Translations under genes and position numbers: made by a program | Notes under the pieces: generated by a model | What the model was told of the DNA's origin: nothing | What the model saw: the letters and a program-made list of their open reading frames with translations, nothing else | The model's database searches: none | Shown: piece after piece, positions 25,944 to 33,806 of the stretch | How the letters are laid out: every line of letters begins with the position of its first letter | Numbering within the stretch: position 1 is the first letter of the stretch | From: an uncultured Eubacteriales bacterium | Lineage (GTDB): Bacteria; Bacillota; Clostridia; Lachnospirales; Lachnospiraceae | NCBI GenBank assembly: GCA_902796795.1 | Contig: CADBQM010000304.1 | Span: 1 to 45,899 of the forward strand | Reading direction: 5' to 3' | DNA: 45,899 nt

Positions 25944-28757
25944 TTACAGCTGTTTGTTCAGCCGCAGCATGACTTTCAGGATATTCACCGCGCATCGTTC
26001 AACGTCGCCTTTTGCGATCGTCTGCCGGTAATGATCCTTCACACGGTAGACGATGGTCTTTCCTTCATCCGCGATATAAGCGACCTTCGTATCCACCGGG
26101 GACTTCATCGGCTCGTACTGATCACGCAGCCGGAACGCGTCGAAGATCGGGCTGGCTTCGTAATAGATCTTTTCGCCGTTCACCAGGATCAGGCCGTCCT
26201 TTTCTTCCGCCGCATAGGCTTCCCCGAGCGCCACGCGAAGCTCCAGGTCCCCATCAGCACAGGGTTCATAATCATGCCACAGCATCTGATAGACTTCCGC
26301 GAAGGGAATACCGATCCGGAAACGTTTCACCTGGCCGTTCGCATCAAACTCAGGTTCGACCTTCTTCATGTGTGTGAGGATCTCGATACTCTTTTCGAAA
26401 CCGCCGGGGGTGATCAGGTCGTTGCCCGCATGCATGGATTTGGAAGGTGTACTGCTGCCGCCGTTCCAGTCGGTCATGATCAGGCCGTCGAAGCCCCACT
26501 CGCCGCGTGCCAGATTGGTACAGAGGTCATAATCATCCGCCGTCGGGACGCCGTTGACCAGGTTGTAGGAGGTCATGAAGGACATCGTCCTCCCTTTGAC
26601 CACGGAAAGACGGAACGGCTCGAGGTAGATCTCGCGGATCGCCCGCTCGCCGGCGACCGAGTTATTGGCGTGGCGGTTGGTCTCCTGGTTGTTCAGCGCG
26701 TAGTGCTTCACACAGGCTGCCGCCGTATCGTCTTTCTGGATCCCGAGGGTGACCGCGGCCGCCATTTCGCCGGCCAGCAGCGGATCTTCGGAAAAATACT
26801 CAAAATTTCTTCCGCAGAGCGGGTTACGGTGGATGTTCACGCCGGGCCCTAAAAGAATGTCGATGTTCATCGCCCGAAGGTCCGCGTTCATGCCCTCGCC
26901 GACTTCCCGGAGGAGCACACGGTCAAAGCTCTGCGCCAGGTGCGTCCCGATCGGCCATGCAATGCAGTAGTGGTAGACCGTCTGCTTTTCGCCGGTATCA
27001 ACATTCGTTGCTTCAAAGTGCTGGGAAATGCGGACACCGCCGGGACCGTCCGCCAGGACCAGCGACGGAACGCCGAACTTCTCCGCCAGCGTGTGCGTGG
27101 TCTCGCCCGCCGCGCCGGGCACCGATTCGGAATTCGCGCCGATGATCGGATTTGCATCGTCTTCAACGCCCCAGCCGGTGCCGCAGACAAAGGTGGAAAG
27201 CTCCTCTTCCGTCAGCTGGGAAACAAATTCCTCTGCCGTGACCCTGCCGGCCAGCAGGTCCTCATAGCGGCTTTCCTTCGCTTCCACCAGCTGTACGTTT
27301 TCGTAAGGCAGCGCTGCTTCATACGCGGGATCCGTGGTATAGGTCGTCACCTGCTGGTCCGCAAATGCGGATCTTCTGTCTTCCGTGACGAAGGGCAGGT
27401 CCGGTTTCAGGATCGAAAGCGACGCTGCTTCTCCCCGGTTGTCCCTCCCACGGAGTCCGGTCAGCTCCTGAAGCTCCTGCTTCAGCGGCAGGACCGGAAG
27501 GACCAGGACGGTCTCCACGAGTTCCGGAATGTGGACCGCGGCGACAGCCTTTGTCTGATCCGATGCACTGCCGATGCGGACGATGTAAAAGCCGCGGGAA
27601 AGGATGTAGGCGGAGCCCCGCTTGCTGAACGAATGCAGGTCCTTCAGTGGGACTGCGATCTCAACAAGTTCCTTTTCGCCAGGTGCCAGCAGTTTCGTCT
27701 TTTCAAAGCCCTTCAGCTCCTGATACGGCATGTCAAGTTCGGTGGAGGGGGCGGAAACATAGAGCTGCACCACTTCCCTGCCCGCGAAGCAGCCGGTATT
27801 CACGACCTCGGTCACCGTCTTCAGGATATTGTTCTCTACGACGGCGGAAACGGTCTTCAGCTCAAACGTCGTATAGGACAGGCCGTAGCCGAAAGCGTAG
27901 CCAGGCGTCCTGCCGAACGTATCGAAAAACCGGTAGCCGACGTAGATGCCCTCGGTATACAGGGAGGTGTCCCGGTCGCTTAAGTAGGTGCCTGCGCTTG
28001 GATAATCCGCATAGTCTGCCGCCCAGGTCGTCGTGAGCTTGCCAGAGGGGTTCGTCTCGCCGGTCAGCACCGCTGCCGCCGCCGCGCCGCATTCCTGGCC
28101 GCCCTGCCCGATCAGCAGGATCGCATCCGCATCCGCGGCCTGAAGATCCGAAACGTTCACCGGCCCCCCGACGTTTAACAGCAGGATCAGGCGTTTGAAA
28201 TACCGGCGCAGCAGGGCCAGATCTTCTTTCTCGACCGCGGAGAGATCGAAGTCGTCTTCAACCTTGCGGTCGTTGCCTTCGCCGGAGTTGCGGGAAAGCA
28301 CGAAGATCGCGGTCTTCGCAGCAGCCGCCAGCTCCCTGGCATCCTCTTCTCTGATCTCCTCTTCCGGGAGCTTCAGCGTTGCCATGACCCGGTCCGGGAG
28401 CTCCCGGAGCGCCGTATCATAGCGTTCGCCGTTCTTCTCGATCTGTACTTCATTCAGCACCGTGAACCCGGCTTCCTTCATCGCCGGCAGCAGCTGGATG
28501 TGATATCTGGGGGAAAGGTCCACGTTGGCGTCGCCGCCGCCGGTAAGCCCGCCGTTGAACGGATCTCCGGAGCCGGTACCGCCGCGGATGGTCCGGGCTG
28601 CGCCGTTGCCGAACATGGCGACGGTACAGGGAGAAAGCGGCAGCGTCTGATCCCGGTTATACAACAGGACCATACCTTCCTTCGCTGCTTTCAACGATAT
28701 CGCAGCGCCTTCGATCTCACGCTGTGATAAAGGCGGAAATACAGTCATATTACTCAT
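25944..28757 (-). CDS. Glycoside hydrolase family 3 beta-glucosidase-type enzyme with permuted domain order, 937 aa, cytoplasmic
   Basis: RBS AAGGAG. The alpha/beta-sandwich (GGTGSGDP, NPSGKLTTTW, FGYGLSYTTF) and FnIII-like domains come first. The TIM barrel (KHYALNNQETNR, GFDGLIMTDW nucleophile context) is C-terminal. Confidence 0.9.
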   Translation of the reverse strand: MSNMTVFPPLSQREIEGAAISLKAAKEGMVLLYNRDQTLPLSPCTVAMFGNGAARTIRGGTGSGDPFNGGLTGGGDANVDLSPRYHIQLLPAMKEAGFTVLNEVQIEKNGERYDTALRELPDRVMATLKLPEEEIREEDARELAAAAKTAIFVLSRNSGEGNDRKVEDDFDLSAVEKEDLALLRRYFKRLILLLNVGGPVNVSDLQAADADAILLIGQGGQECGAAAAAVLTGETNPSGKLTTTWAADYADYPSAGTYLSDRDTSLYTEGIYVGYRFFDTFGRTPGYAFGYGLSYTTFELKTVSAVVENNILKTVTEVVNTGCFAGREVVQLYVSAPSTELDMPYQELKGFEKTKLLAPGEKELVEIAVPLKDLHSFSKRGSAYILSRGFYIVRIGSASDQTKAVAAVHIPELVETVLVLPVLPLKQELQELTGLRGRDNRGEAASLSILKPDLPFVTEDRRSAFADQQVTTYTTDPAYEAALPYENVQLVEAKESRYEDLLAGRVTAEEFVSQLTEEELSTFVCGTGWGVEDDANPIIGANSESVPGAAGETTHTLAEKFGVPSLVLADGPGGVRISQHFEATNVDTGEKQTVYHYCIAWPIGTHLAQSFDRVLLREVGEGMNADLRAMNIDILLGPGVNIHRNPLCGRNFEYFSEDPLLAGEMAAAVTLGIQKDDTAAACVKHYALNNQETNRHANNSVAGERAIREIYLEPFRLSVVKGRTMSFMTSYNLVNGVPTADDYDLCTNLARGEWGFDGLIMTDWNGGSSTPSKSMHAGNDLITPGGFEKSIEILTHMKKVEPEFDANGQVKRFRIGIPFAEVYQMLWHDYEPCADGDLELRVALGEAYAAEEKDGLILVNGEKIYYEASPIFDAFRLRDQYEPMKSPVDTKVAYIADEGKTIVYRVKDHYRQTIAKGDVERCAVNILKVMLRLNKQL

Positions 28758-28783
28758 TGCAGTACTCCTTTATGATTTCTTTT

Positions 28784-31159
28784 TTACATCCGCTGCAGCA
28801 CGATCATCCTGAGCTCGTTCATCTCCATACGGAAAGTCAGGAAAAGCGAGCCCTCCGCCGGGGTGCGGACTTCCGAAAGCACCTCCGGCACCGCCGTCTG
28901 GGAAAGATATTCCAGATCGTCCCTGGAAAGATTCTCGATGCTGCCGAGTTCGGTCCACTTTTTGATAATACTGCCGCGGTCCATGTTCATCACACGCTGC
29001 CGGATCCGGTAAGGACTGTTCTCTAAGCCGGTGATATCCAGCTGCATCGCCGCCGGATCGATCGCCTCGAAAATGTCCGGGATCTCCTCTACGCCGAAGG
29101 AGTCCTCCTCCACCATGTAGTAGCGCGGGCCGAGGTGCTTCCGGTTCCAGCAGAGGATACGGATATCGCCGTTGTGATAAGCAGAGGCAAAACAACGGTC
29201 CGTCTGTGCCAGGCGGATGTTCCCCAGTTGTCCGATAAAACGGAAGGCATAATAGGCCGGTTTCCGTACACCGTTTTTCGTCAGCAGGCCGCCGCCGCCG
29301 GAAAGCTCCGCCATGGTATCCGAAAAGGCGGAAAGCAGGTCGGAAGCATAAAAGACACCGACCGTATCCGCGATTCCAAGGATCGGCAGTACTTCACTTA
29401 CCGTCTCGGCCGCCCGGTAACAGCTGTCCTGCAGATAGTTCCGGTTGGAGGTACTGATCCCGTATTCCGTGATCCAGTACTCTCCCTGGAAGCCGGCCTT
29501 ATTCAGCGTCTTCCGGATGGTGCCGGTCTCATTCAGCAGATATTCCCTCTCCGGATTTTTCTCGAAGGTACCGTGTGAATCGACGATCCCGGTCTTTTTG
29601 TAAGGGAAATGTGCGCTCGTGAAAATGTCCGGGACCCGGCTGCTGTTTACCATCCGGGTGACCGCTTCCATCTGCCCGCGCATATCCACGTCCGGCAGCA
29701 GCCCGGGGCCGGCGATCCTGGCCGCCGGAATGATCCTTCGGATCATCTCGTAACTCTTTTCCCAGACCTCACGGAAGGAATGATTTTTCCCCTGATGATA
29801 CTGCGCATCGCTCAGGGAATCCGTCAGCTCAAAGACCCAGTTACGGACCGTTTCTTCGTGATAACGGTTCCTGAGATGCTGCAGCAGTGTCTGAAGCGCG
29901 TCCAGCCATTCGGAAATATCCTTGAAATGTTCCCTGAGCGGCGTAACGTAGATCTCTTTTTTCTCACTTGCCATCTGACGGTCCTTGCGTACCGTCAGAT
30001 CTAGCATGATATTCAGGTGGTGGTCGACGCAGAAGTCCATGATCTCGTCCATCAGAGTGAAGTTATAAACACCGCCCTGTTCGTCAAAGAGCATCAGGCT
30101 GTCCGAGAACGGGCTCCAGAGCCGGATATAATTCACATTCAGCCGTTCCGCAAGAAAAAGCACCTGTTTCTGCATGCTGGCGGAACGCAGTGAGATGATC
30201 GGTCCCACATTCAGGATGCGGTTCTTCCAGCCTGCCCAGGCACTGCCCCGGTCCGCCGGGATCTGGATCCGGTTCACGAATTCGTCCGGCAGGCTCCGGA
30301 GTTCTTCTTCCGACTGCAGGATCTCCAGCACTTTGTCCTTGTCCGGATCATTGGTGACCGGCGGTTCTTCCTGTGCCATGGACTCCCGGTATTTCCCCGG
30401 CGCCATGCCGTAGGTCTCACGGAAGACACGATTCAAGACGGCCGGCGATGAGAAGCCGGCATTCAGCGCGATATCCGTAATGCTGTGGTCGGTATGCAGA
30501 AGCTCGCTCATCACGGCTTTCAGCCGCAGGTTTTTCAGGTACTCCGGGAAATCCTCCCCGGTATAGTATTTGAACAGACGGGAAGCCGTGGACCTGGAAA
30601 GATAGAGCTTTTCCGCGATCTCTGTCAGGCTGATCTCGCTGCGATAATTCATCCATACGTACCGCAGAATCTCCCGGGCTTTGTCGTCCCGGTCGTTTCC
30701 GCTGCTTTCCTGTTTTTCCGAGACCGAAAAATCATCGAGCAGTTTTTGAAGCAGCAGGTAGGACAGGCCTTTGGCCTTATAATGACTGTTTTCCTGATTT
30801 TCGAGGCAGCACATCAGAAGGCCGCGGAGGATGAACTGCAGTTCCGAAGTTTTGGACGTGGCCTCCTTGGTACTGTTCAGATAGAATGTCAGCGAACTGC
30901 GCCCCAGTTCCTTCAAAAGGCTGAAATAAGGAATCTCAAAGACGACTGCCAGCAGTCCATCGCCGGCTTCGACCCGTCCCTCTTCCATCGGATTCAGCAG
31001 CAGCATGTCGGATTTCCGCATCTGCACCGTTTCCTGGGGCAGGATCACATTGCAGCTGCCTTCAACGATAAAAATGATCCGAAGCTTATCAAACGAAGCC
31101 AGAAGGTCCCGGCTGTCATGAAAGATCATATTCAAAAACTGAGTATTCTGTTCTGCCAT
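28784..31159 (-). CDS. AraC-family transcriptional regulator fused to a GH39-like (apparently non-catalytic) sensor domain, 791 aa
   Basis: Trimmed to the ATG at 31159 (GGAGATCATTATG). It has an N-terminal cupin-like part, a central AraC HTH pair (SLTEIAEKLYLSRSTASRLFK...ITDIALNAGFSSPAVLNRVFRETYG), and a C-terminal GH39-like TIM barrel (RYHEETVRNWVFELTDS, YWITEYG). Confidence 0.85.
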   Translation of the reverse strand: MAEQNTQFLNMIFHDSRDLLASFDKLRIIFIVEGSCNVILPQETVQMRKSDMLLLNPMEEGRVEAGDGLLAVVFEIPYFSLLKELGRSSLTFYLNSTKEATSKTSELQFILRGLLMCCLENQENSHYKAKGLSYLLLQKLLDDFSVSEKQESSGNDRDDKAREILRYVWMNYRSEISLTEIAEKLYLSRSTASRLFKYYTGEDFPEYLKNLRLKAVMSELLHTDHSITDIALNAGFSSPAVLNRVFRETYGMAPGKYRESMAQEEPPVTNDPDKDKVLEILQSEEELRSLPDEFVNRIQIPADRGSAWAGWKNRILNVGPIISLRSASMQKQVLFLAERLNVNYIRLWSPFSDSLMLFDEQGGVYNFTLMDEIMDFCVDHHLNIMLDLTVRKDRQMASEKKEIYVTPLREHFKDISEWLDALQTLLQHLRNRYHEETVRNWVFELTDSLSDAQYHQGKNHSFREVWEKSYEMIRRIIPAARIAGPGLLPDVDMRGQMEAVTRMVNSSRVPDIFTSAHFPYKKTGIVDSHGTFEKNPEREYLLNETGTIRKTLNKAGFQGEYWITEYGISTSNRNYLQDSCYRAAETVSEVLPILGIADTVGVFYASDLLSAFSDTMAELSGGGGLLTKNGVRKPAYYAFRFIGQLGNIRLAQTDRCFASAYHNGDIRILCWNRKHLGPRYYMVEEDSFGVEEIPDIFEAIDPAAMQLDITGLENSPYRIRQRVMNMDRGSIIKKWTELGSIENLSRDDLEYLSQTAVPEVLSEVRTPAEGSLFLTFRMEMNELRMIVLQRM

Positions 31160-31175
31160 AATGATCTCCGAATAG

Positions 31176-31216
31176 AAAAAACTTCTGTTCCGGCCAGCGA
31201 CAGCCGGCCGGAACAG
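31176..31216 (-). terminator. Intrinsic terminator/attenuator between the flavoprotein gene and the regulator gene
   Basis: Perfect 11-bp GC-rich stem CUGUUCCGGCC/GGCCGGAACAG (31185-31195 and 31206-31216) with a 10-nt loop. On the minus strand it is followed by AAGUUUUUUCUAUU, which runs straight into the regulator RBS. Confidence 0.75.
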
Positions 31217-31225
31217 GTTCAAGGA

Positions 31226-32173
31226 TCACTCTCCGACGTGAAGATATTTCTCCTTCAGTTCTCTCAGGTTCTCTACCTTCTTCTGGGTCATCGCACCATT
31301 CGCGATCTCGTTCCGGTGCTCCAGCTTGCCGCCCCAGCGCATACGGGAACGGTCCTGCTCCGCCTGCGAGAATTCGTAGGTCGCGGAACCGGCCTGCATC
31401 TTTACGACGCCGTGGATGCCGCAGATCGCGCATTCTACATGATCGGTGCCGGGATATACCCGGAACATGCTCTGGTGGCAGACCGGGCAGGCGCCGGGCT
31501 CCTCGCCGCGCCATTTCGTGCGTTCTTCGTCGGTCTCCGCCGCCAGCGCTGCGATGACGTTCTCCGCCATCTTGTCCGCACGCGCCATCTGCTCCGGCAC
31601 GCCGAGGATGTGCGATACGTTCATCGCGCCGTAATAGACGTGGGTGTCGATGACGTCGACGCCCGCCGACATCATGCCTTCGTACATGATCGGGATGGTC
31701 ATGATCGTCCAGTTCTCGGTCCTTGCGCCGCCGACGCCGACCAGGCAGCCGATCCTCGGCTTGAACGCGCGCTCATCCGGCATCAGCGGATTGCCGTTTG
31801 CCAGCCGTTCCTTCTTTGCTTCCGCAAGGAAGGTGATATCATGCGACGGGCCGAAACGGTCGCAGAAGGTCTTGAAGGTGCCGGAGGGCGAGGTCTCGTA
31901 GACCGGGGAACCGATCAGCACGCAGTCTGCGTCGTAGTAGGCATCCTCGAGGATGTGGAAATCGTCCTTGTGGATGCAGGTCCCGTTGGTCCTGCCGGAC
32001 ATGATGCCGACCACGCAGGCACAGCAGCCGGTACAGGGCTTGATGTCAAGATCATCCGGACGGATGAATCTGATCTCATGGCCGGCTTCCTGACATTTCA
32101 GCAGCACCTCTTTTAGGAACACGTCCGTATTGGACATCTTTCTGCCGAAAGAAAACGCTGTAACTTTGCTCAT
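31226..32173 (-). CDS. Flavodoxin-fold NAD(P)H-dependent FMN reductase-like protein with an N-terminal Cys cluster and C-terminal Zn ribbon, 315 aa (candidate ene-reductase)
   Basis: RBS AAGGAGG. Cys-rich motif KPCTGCCACV...GTCIHKDD as in iron-sulfur flavoprotein-type reductases, a GSPVYE FMN-site-like motif, and two CxxC pairs (CPVCHQ...ECAICG). Confidence 0.7.
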   Translation of the reverse strand: MSKVTAFSFGRKMSNTDVFLKEVLLKCQEAGHEIRFIRPDDLDIKPCTGCCACVVGIMSGRTNGTCIHKDDFHILEDAYYDADCVLIGSPVYETSPSGTFKTFCDRFGPSHDITFLAEAKKERLANGNPLMPDERAFKPRIGCLVGVGGARTENWTIMTIPIMYEGMMSAGVDVIDTHVYYGAMNVSHILGVPEQMARADKMAENVIAALAAETDEERTKWRGEEPGACPVCHQSMFRVYPGTDHVECAICGIHGVVKMQAGSATYEFSQAEQDRSRMRWGGKLEHRNEIANGAMTQKKVENLRELKEKYLHVGE

Positions 32174-32185
32174 TCTTCTGCCTCC

Positions 32186-33241
32186 TTATGCCTCGATCAG
32201 CCGGCGCATCGCTTCCTGGTGCCGGGCAACCTGGGTAATGGAATCCACGCCCACGTCGCGGAGATGCTCGCCGCCTTCGTATTCGGAACTTAAGAAGCCG
32301 TGATAGCCGGCCTTCTTGAAGGCTTCGATGACCTCCGGGAGCGCGACTGCGGTCTCCTTGAAGTCTTCATGCACGTTGTAGAATTTCGCGTGCGTATGGA
32401 AGATGTATTCGATGTTGTCGATGAGGTCCTGCGGCTCCGACCAGGAATAGGTGAAGGAGTTGTTGGCATACCACAGGTTGCCGGGGTTCTCGCCAAGGGC
32501 GTTTACGGCCTCCATCATCTCGGCCATGCCGTTCGCCATGCGGTATTCAAAATTAGCCTTTCCGAGGTCAAGATCGTATTTGATCTTCACAAAGCCGTTG
32601 TTCACACGTTTCGCGAATGCGTCGTCAACGATCTTCAGGCCTTCTTCGGTCGCGCCCAGACGGCGGGCCTTGTCACGGACGACGTCCGGCAGGTTCCGGC
32701 AGAAGATGCCCATATCCGGAATAAAGCCGAAGAACTTCGTCCCGGTCTTGCGGATCATCGAAAGATAGCCTTCCGCCCAGCCGGAGTTCAGGGAGAACGG
32801 CGCATGGACTTCCAGGCCGATCTTCACGCCGACCTTTTCCGCATACTCCAGCGACCCTTCGATGACGGGCATCGGGGTGGAAACAAGGGTGCGGATGACC
32901 GGAAAACCAAGCAGCGACGCAAGATAAAGGTCGCGCTTCATCATGTTGACCTGCTCGCCTAAGCAGAGCATCCGGTTCCGGTAGATCCGGTTTTCCAGGA
33001 AAGCGTCGTAGCAGGAAGGCTCAAGGCCATACTTCTTCAGCATGGCAAACCAGTCCTCACGGAACTGCTCGTCCTCGATCGGCTTCGGGAACTTTTTGAT
33101 CATCTGCTCCGCCAGGAGCTCCACACCGGTCGCGCCGGCTTTGGCGGTCTCCCGGAGGCAGCCTTCCAAATCCAGCTTGCCTTCATAGTATTCGTCCTGA
33201 TAGCTGTAAAGAGATACGCTTCTCTTGATATCGTAATTCAT
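32186..33241 (-). CDS. C-glycoside deglycosidase alpha-subunit-like xylose-isomerase-fold TIM barrel (second copy), 351 aa
   Basis: RBS AAGGAGG. Homologous to 3931-4803 (see that entry). It lies directly downstream of the second small beta-like ORF. Confidence 0.7.
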   Translation of the reverse strand: MNYDIKRSVSLYSYQDEYYEGKLDLEGCLRETAKAGATGVELLAEQMIKKFPKPIEDEQFREDWFAMLKKYGLEPSCYDAFLENRIYRNRMLCLGEQVNMMKRDLYLASLLGFPVIRTLVSTPMPVIEGSLEYAEKVGVKIGLEVHAPFSLNSGWAEGYLSMIRKTGTKFFGFIPDMGIFCRNLPDVVRDKARRLGATEEGLKIVDDAFAKRVNNGFVKIKYDLDLGKANFEYRMANGMAEMMEAVNALGENPGNLWYANNSFTYSWSEPQDLIDNIEYIFHTHAKFYNVHEDFKETAVALPEVIEAFKKAGYHGFLSSEYEGGEHLRDVGVDSITQVARHQEAMRRLIEA

Positions 33242-33254
33242 CCTGACACCTCCT

Positions 33255-33650
33255 TTACTCGATCACAAAGTCTGCGACGCATTCCGTGATCCAGGGGAAA
33301 GGCATGTAGGAAGGCGCAATGTGCTGGATCGCTTTGAGATGATGCGGGCCCTTTGCGAGGCCGCCCGGCTTCTTTACGTTCACCGTGGCATATTCGCCGA
33401 ATTCCCAGCGGTAATCCGGATCCACGACCGTGCTCATCTCGTCCAGGGTGAAGGTCTCGCCGTTCACCGTCATGCTGATGGCTTCTGCGGGAATATCCTC
33501 TCCGTCGATGTTCACCTTGATGTCGTGGACGATCGAGAGGGTGATCCCTCTGTAGTACTGTGATTTCCAGCGGAAGCGGAAGCCTGTCGCTTCGCCGTTT
33601 TCTTCGATGTTCTGGAACCCCTGCGGGTCAAACATCACACGTGCTGCCAT
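33255..33650 (-). CDS. C-glycoside deglycosidase beta-subunit-like small protein (second copy), 131 aa
   Basis: Trimmed to the ATG at 33650, preceded by CAAGGAGGAACC. Motifs GFRFRWKSQYYRGITLS...NIDGEDI...VKKPGGLAKGPHHLK parallel those of 3473-3913. Confidence 0.7.
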   Translation of the reverse strand: MAARVMFDPQGFQNIEENGEATGFRFRWKSQYYRGITLSIVHDIKVNIDGEDIPAEAISMTVNGETFTLDEMSTVVDPDYRWEFGEYATVNVKKPGGLAKGPHHLKAIQHIAPSYMPFPWITECVADFVIE

Positions 33651-33681
33651 ATGGTTCCTCCTTGTGTATTGATTGCCTTGC

Positions 33682-33799
33682 GGCGCGAGAGTCTTACGCT
33701 CTTGCAGGTCGCTCGGAAATATGGTCCTCTTCGGAGGCGGCATAGCCTCCTCAGAGGAGGCATATTCTCCTTGCTCCGCAAGAAGACTCTCCTCGCGCC
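33682..33799 (-). promoter_or_regulatory. Structured intergenic RNA element (multi-stem) between the reductase gene and the beta-subunit gene
   Basis: Outer arms GGCGCGAGAGTCTT (33682-33695) and AAGACTCTCCTCGCGCC (33783-33799). Inner hairpins CCTC-TTCG-GAGG (33726-33737) and GCCTCCT-CAG-AGGAGGC (33745-33761). There is a competing pair CTTGCGG (33677-33683) / CCGCAAG (33776-33782). Confidence 0.35.
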
Positions 33800-33806
33800 T
33801 GATTCC

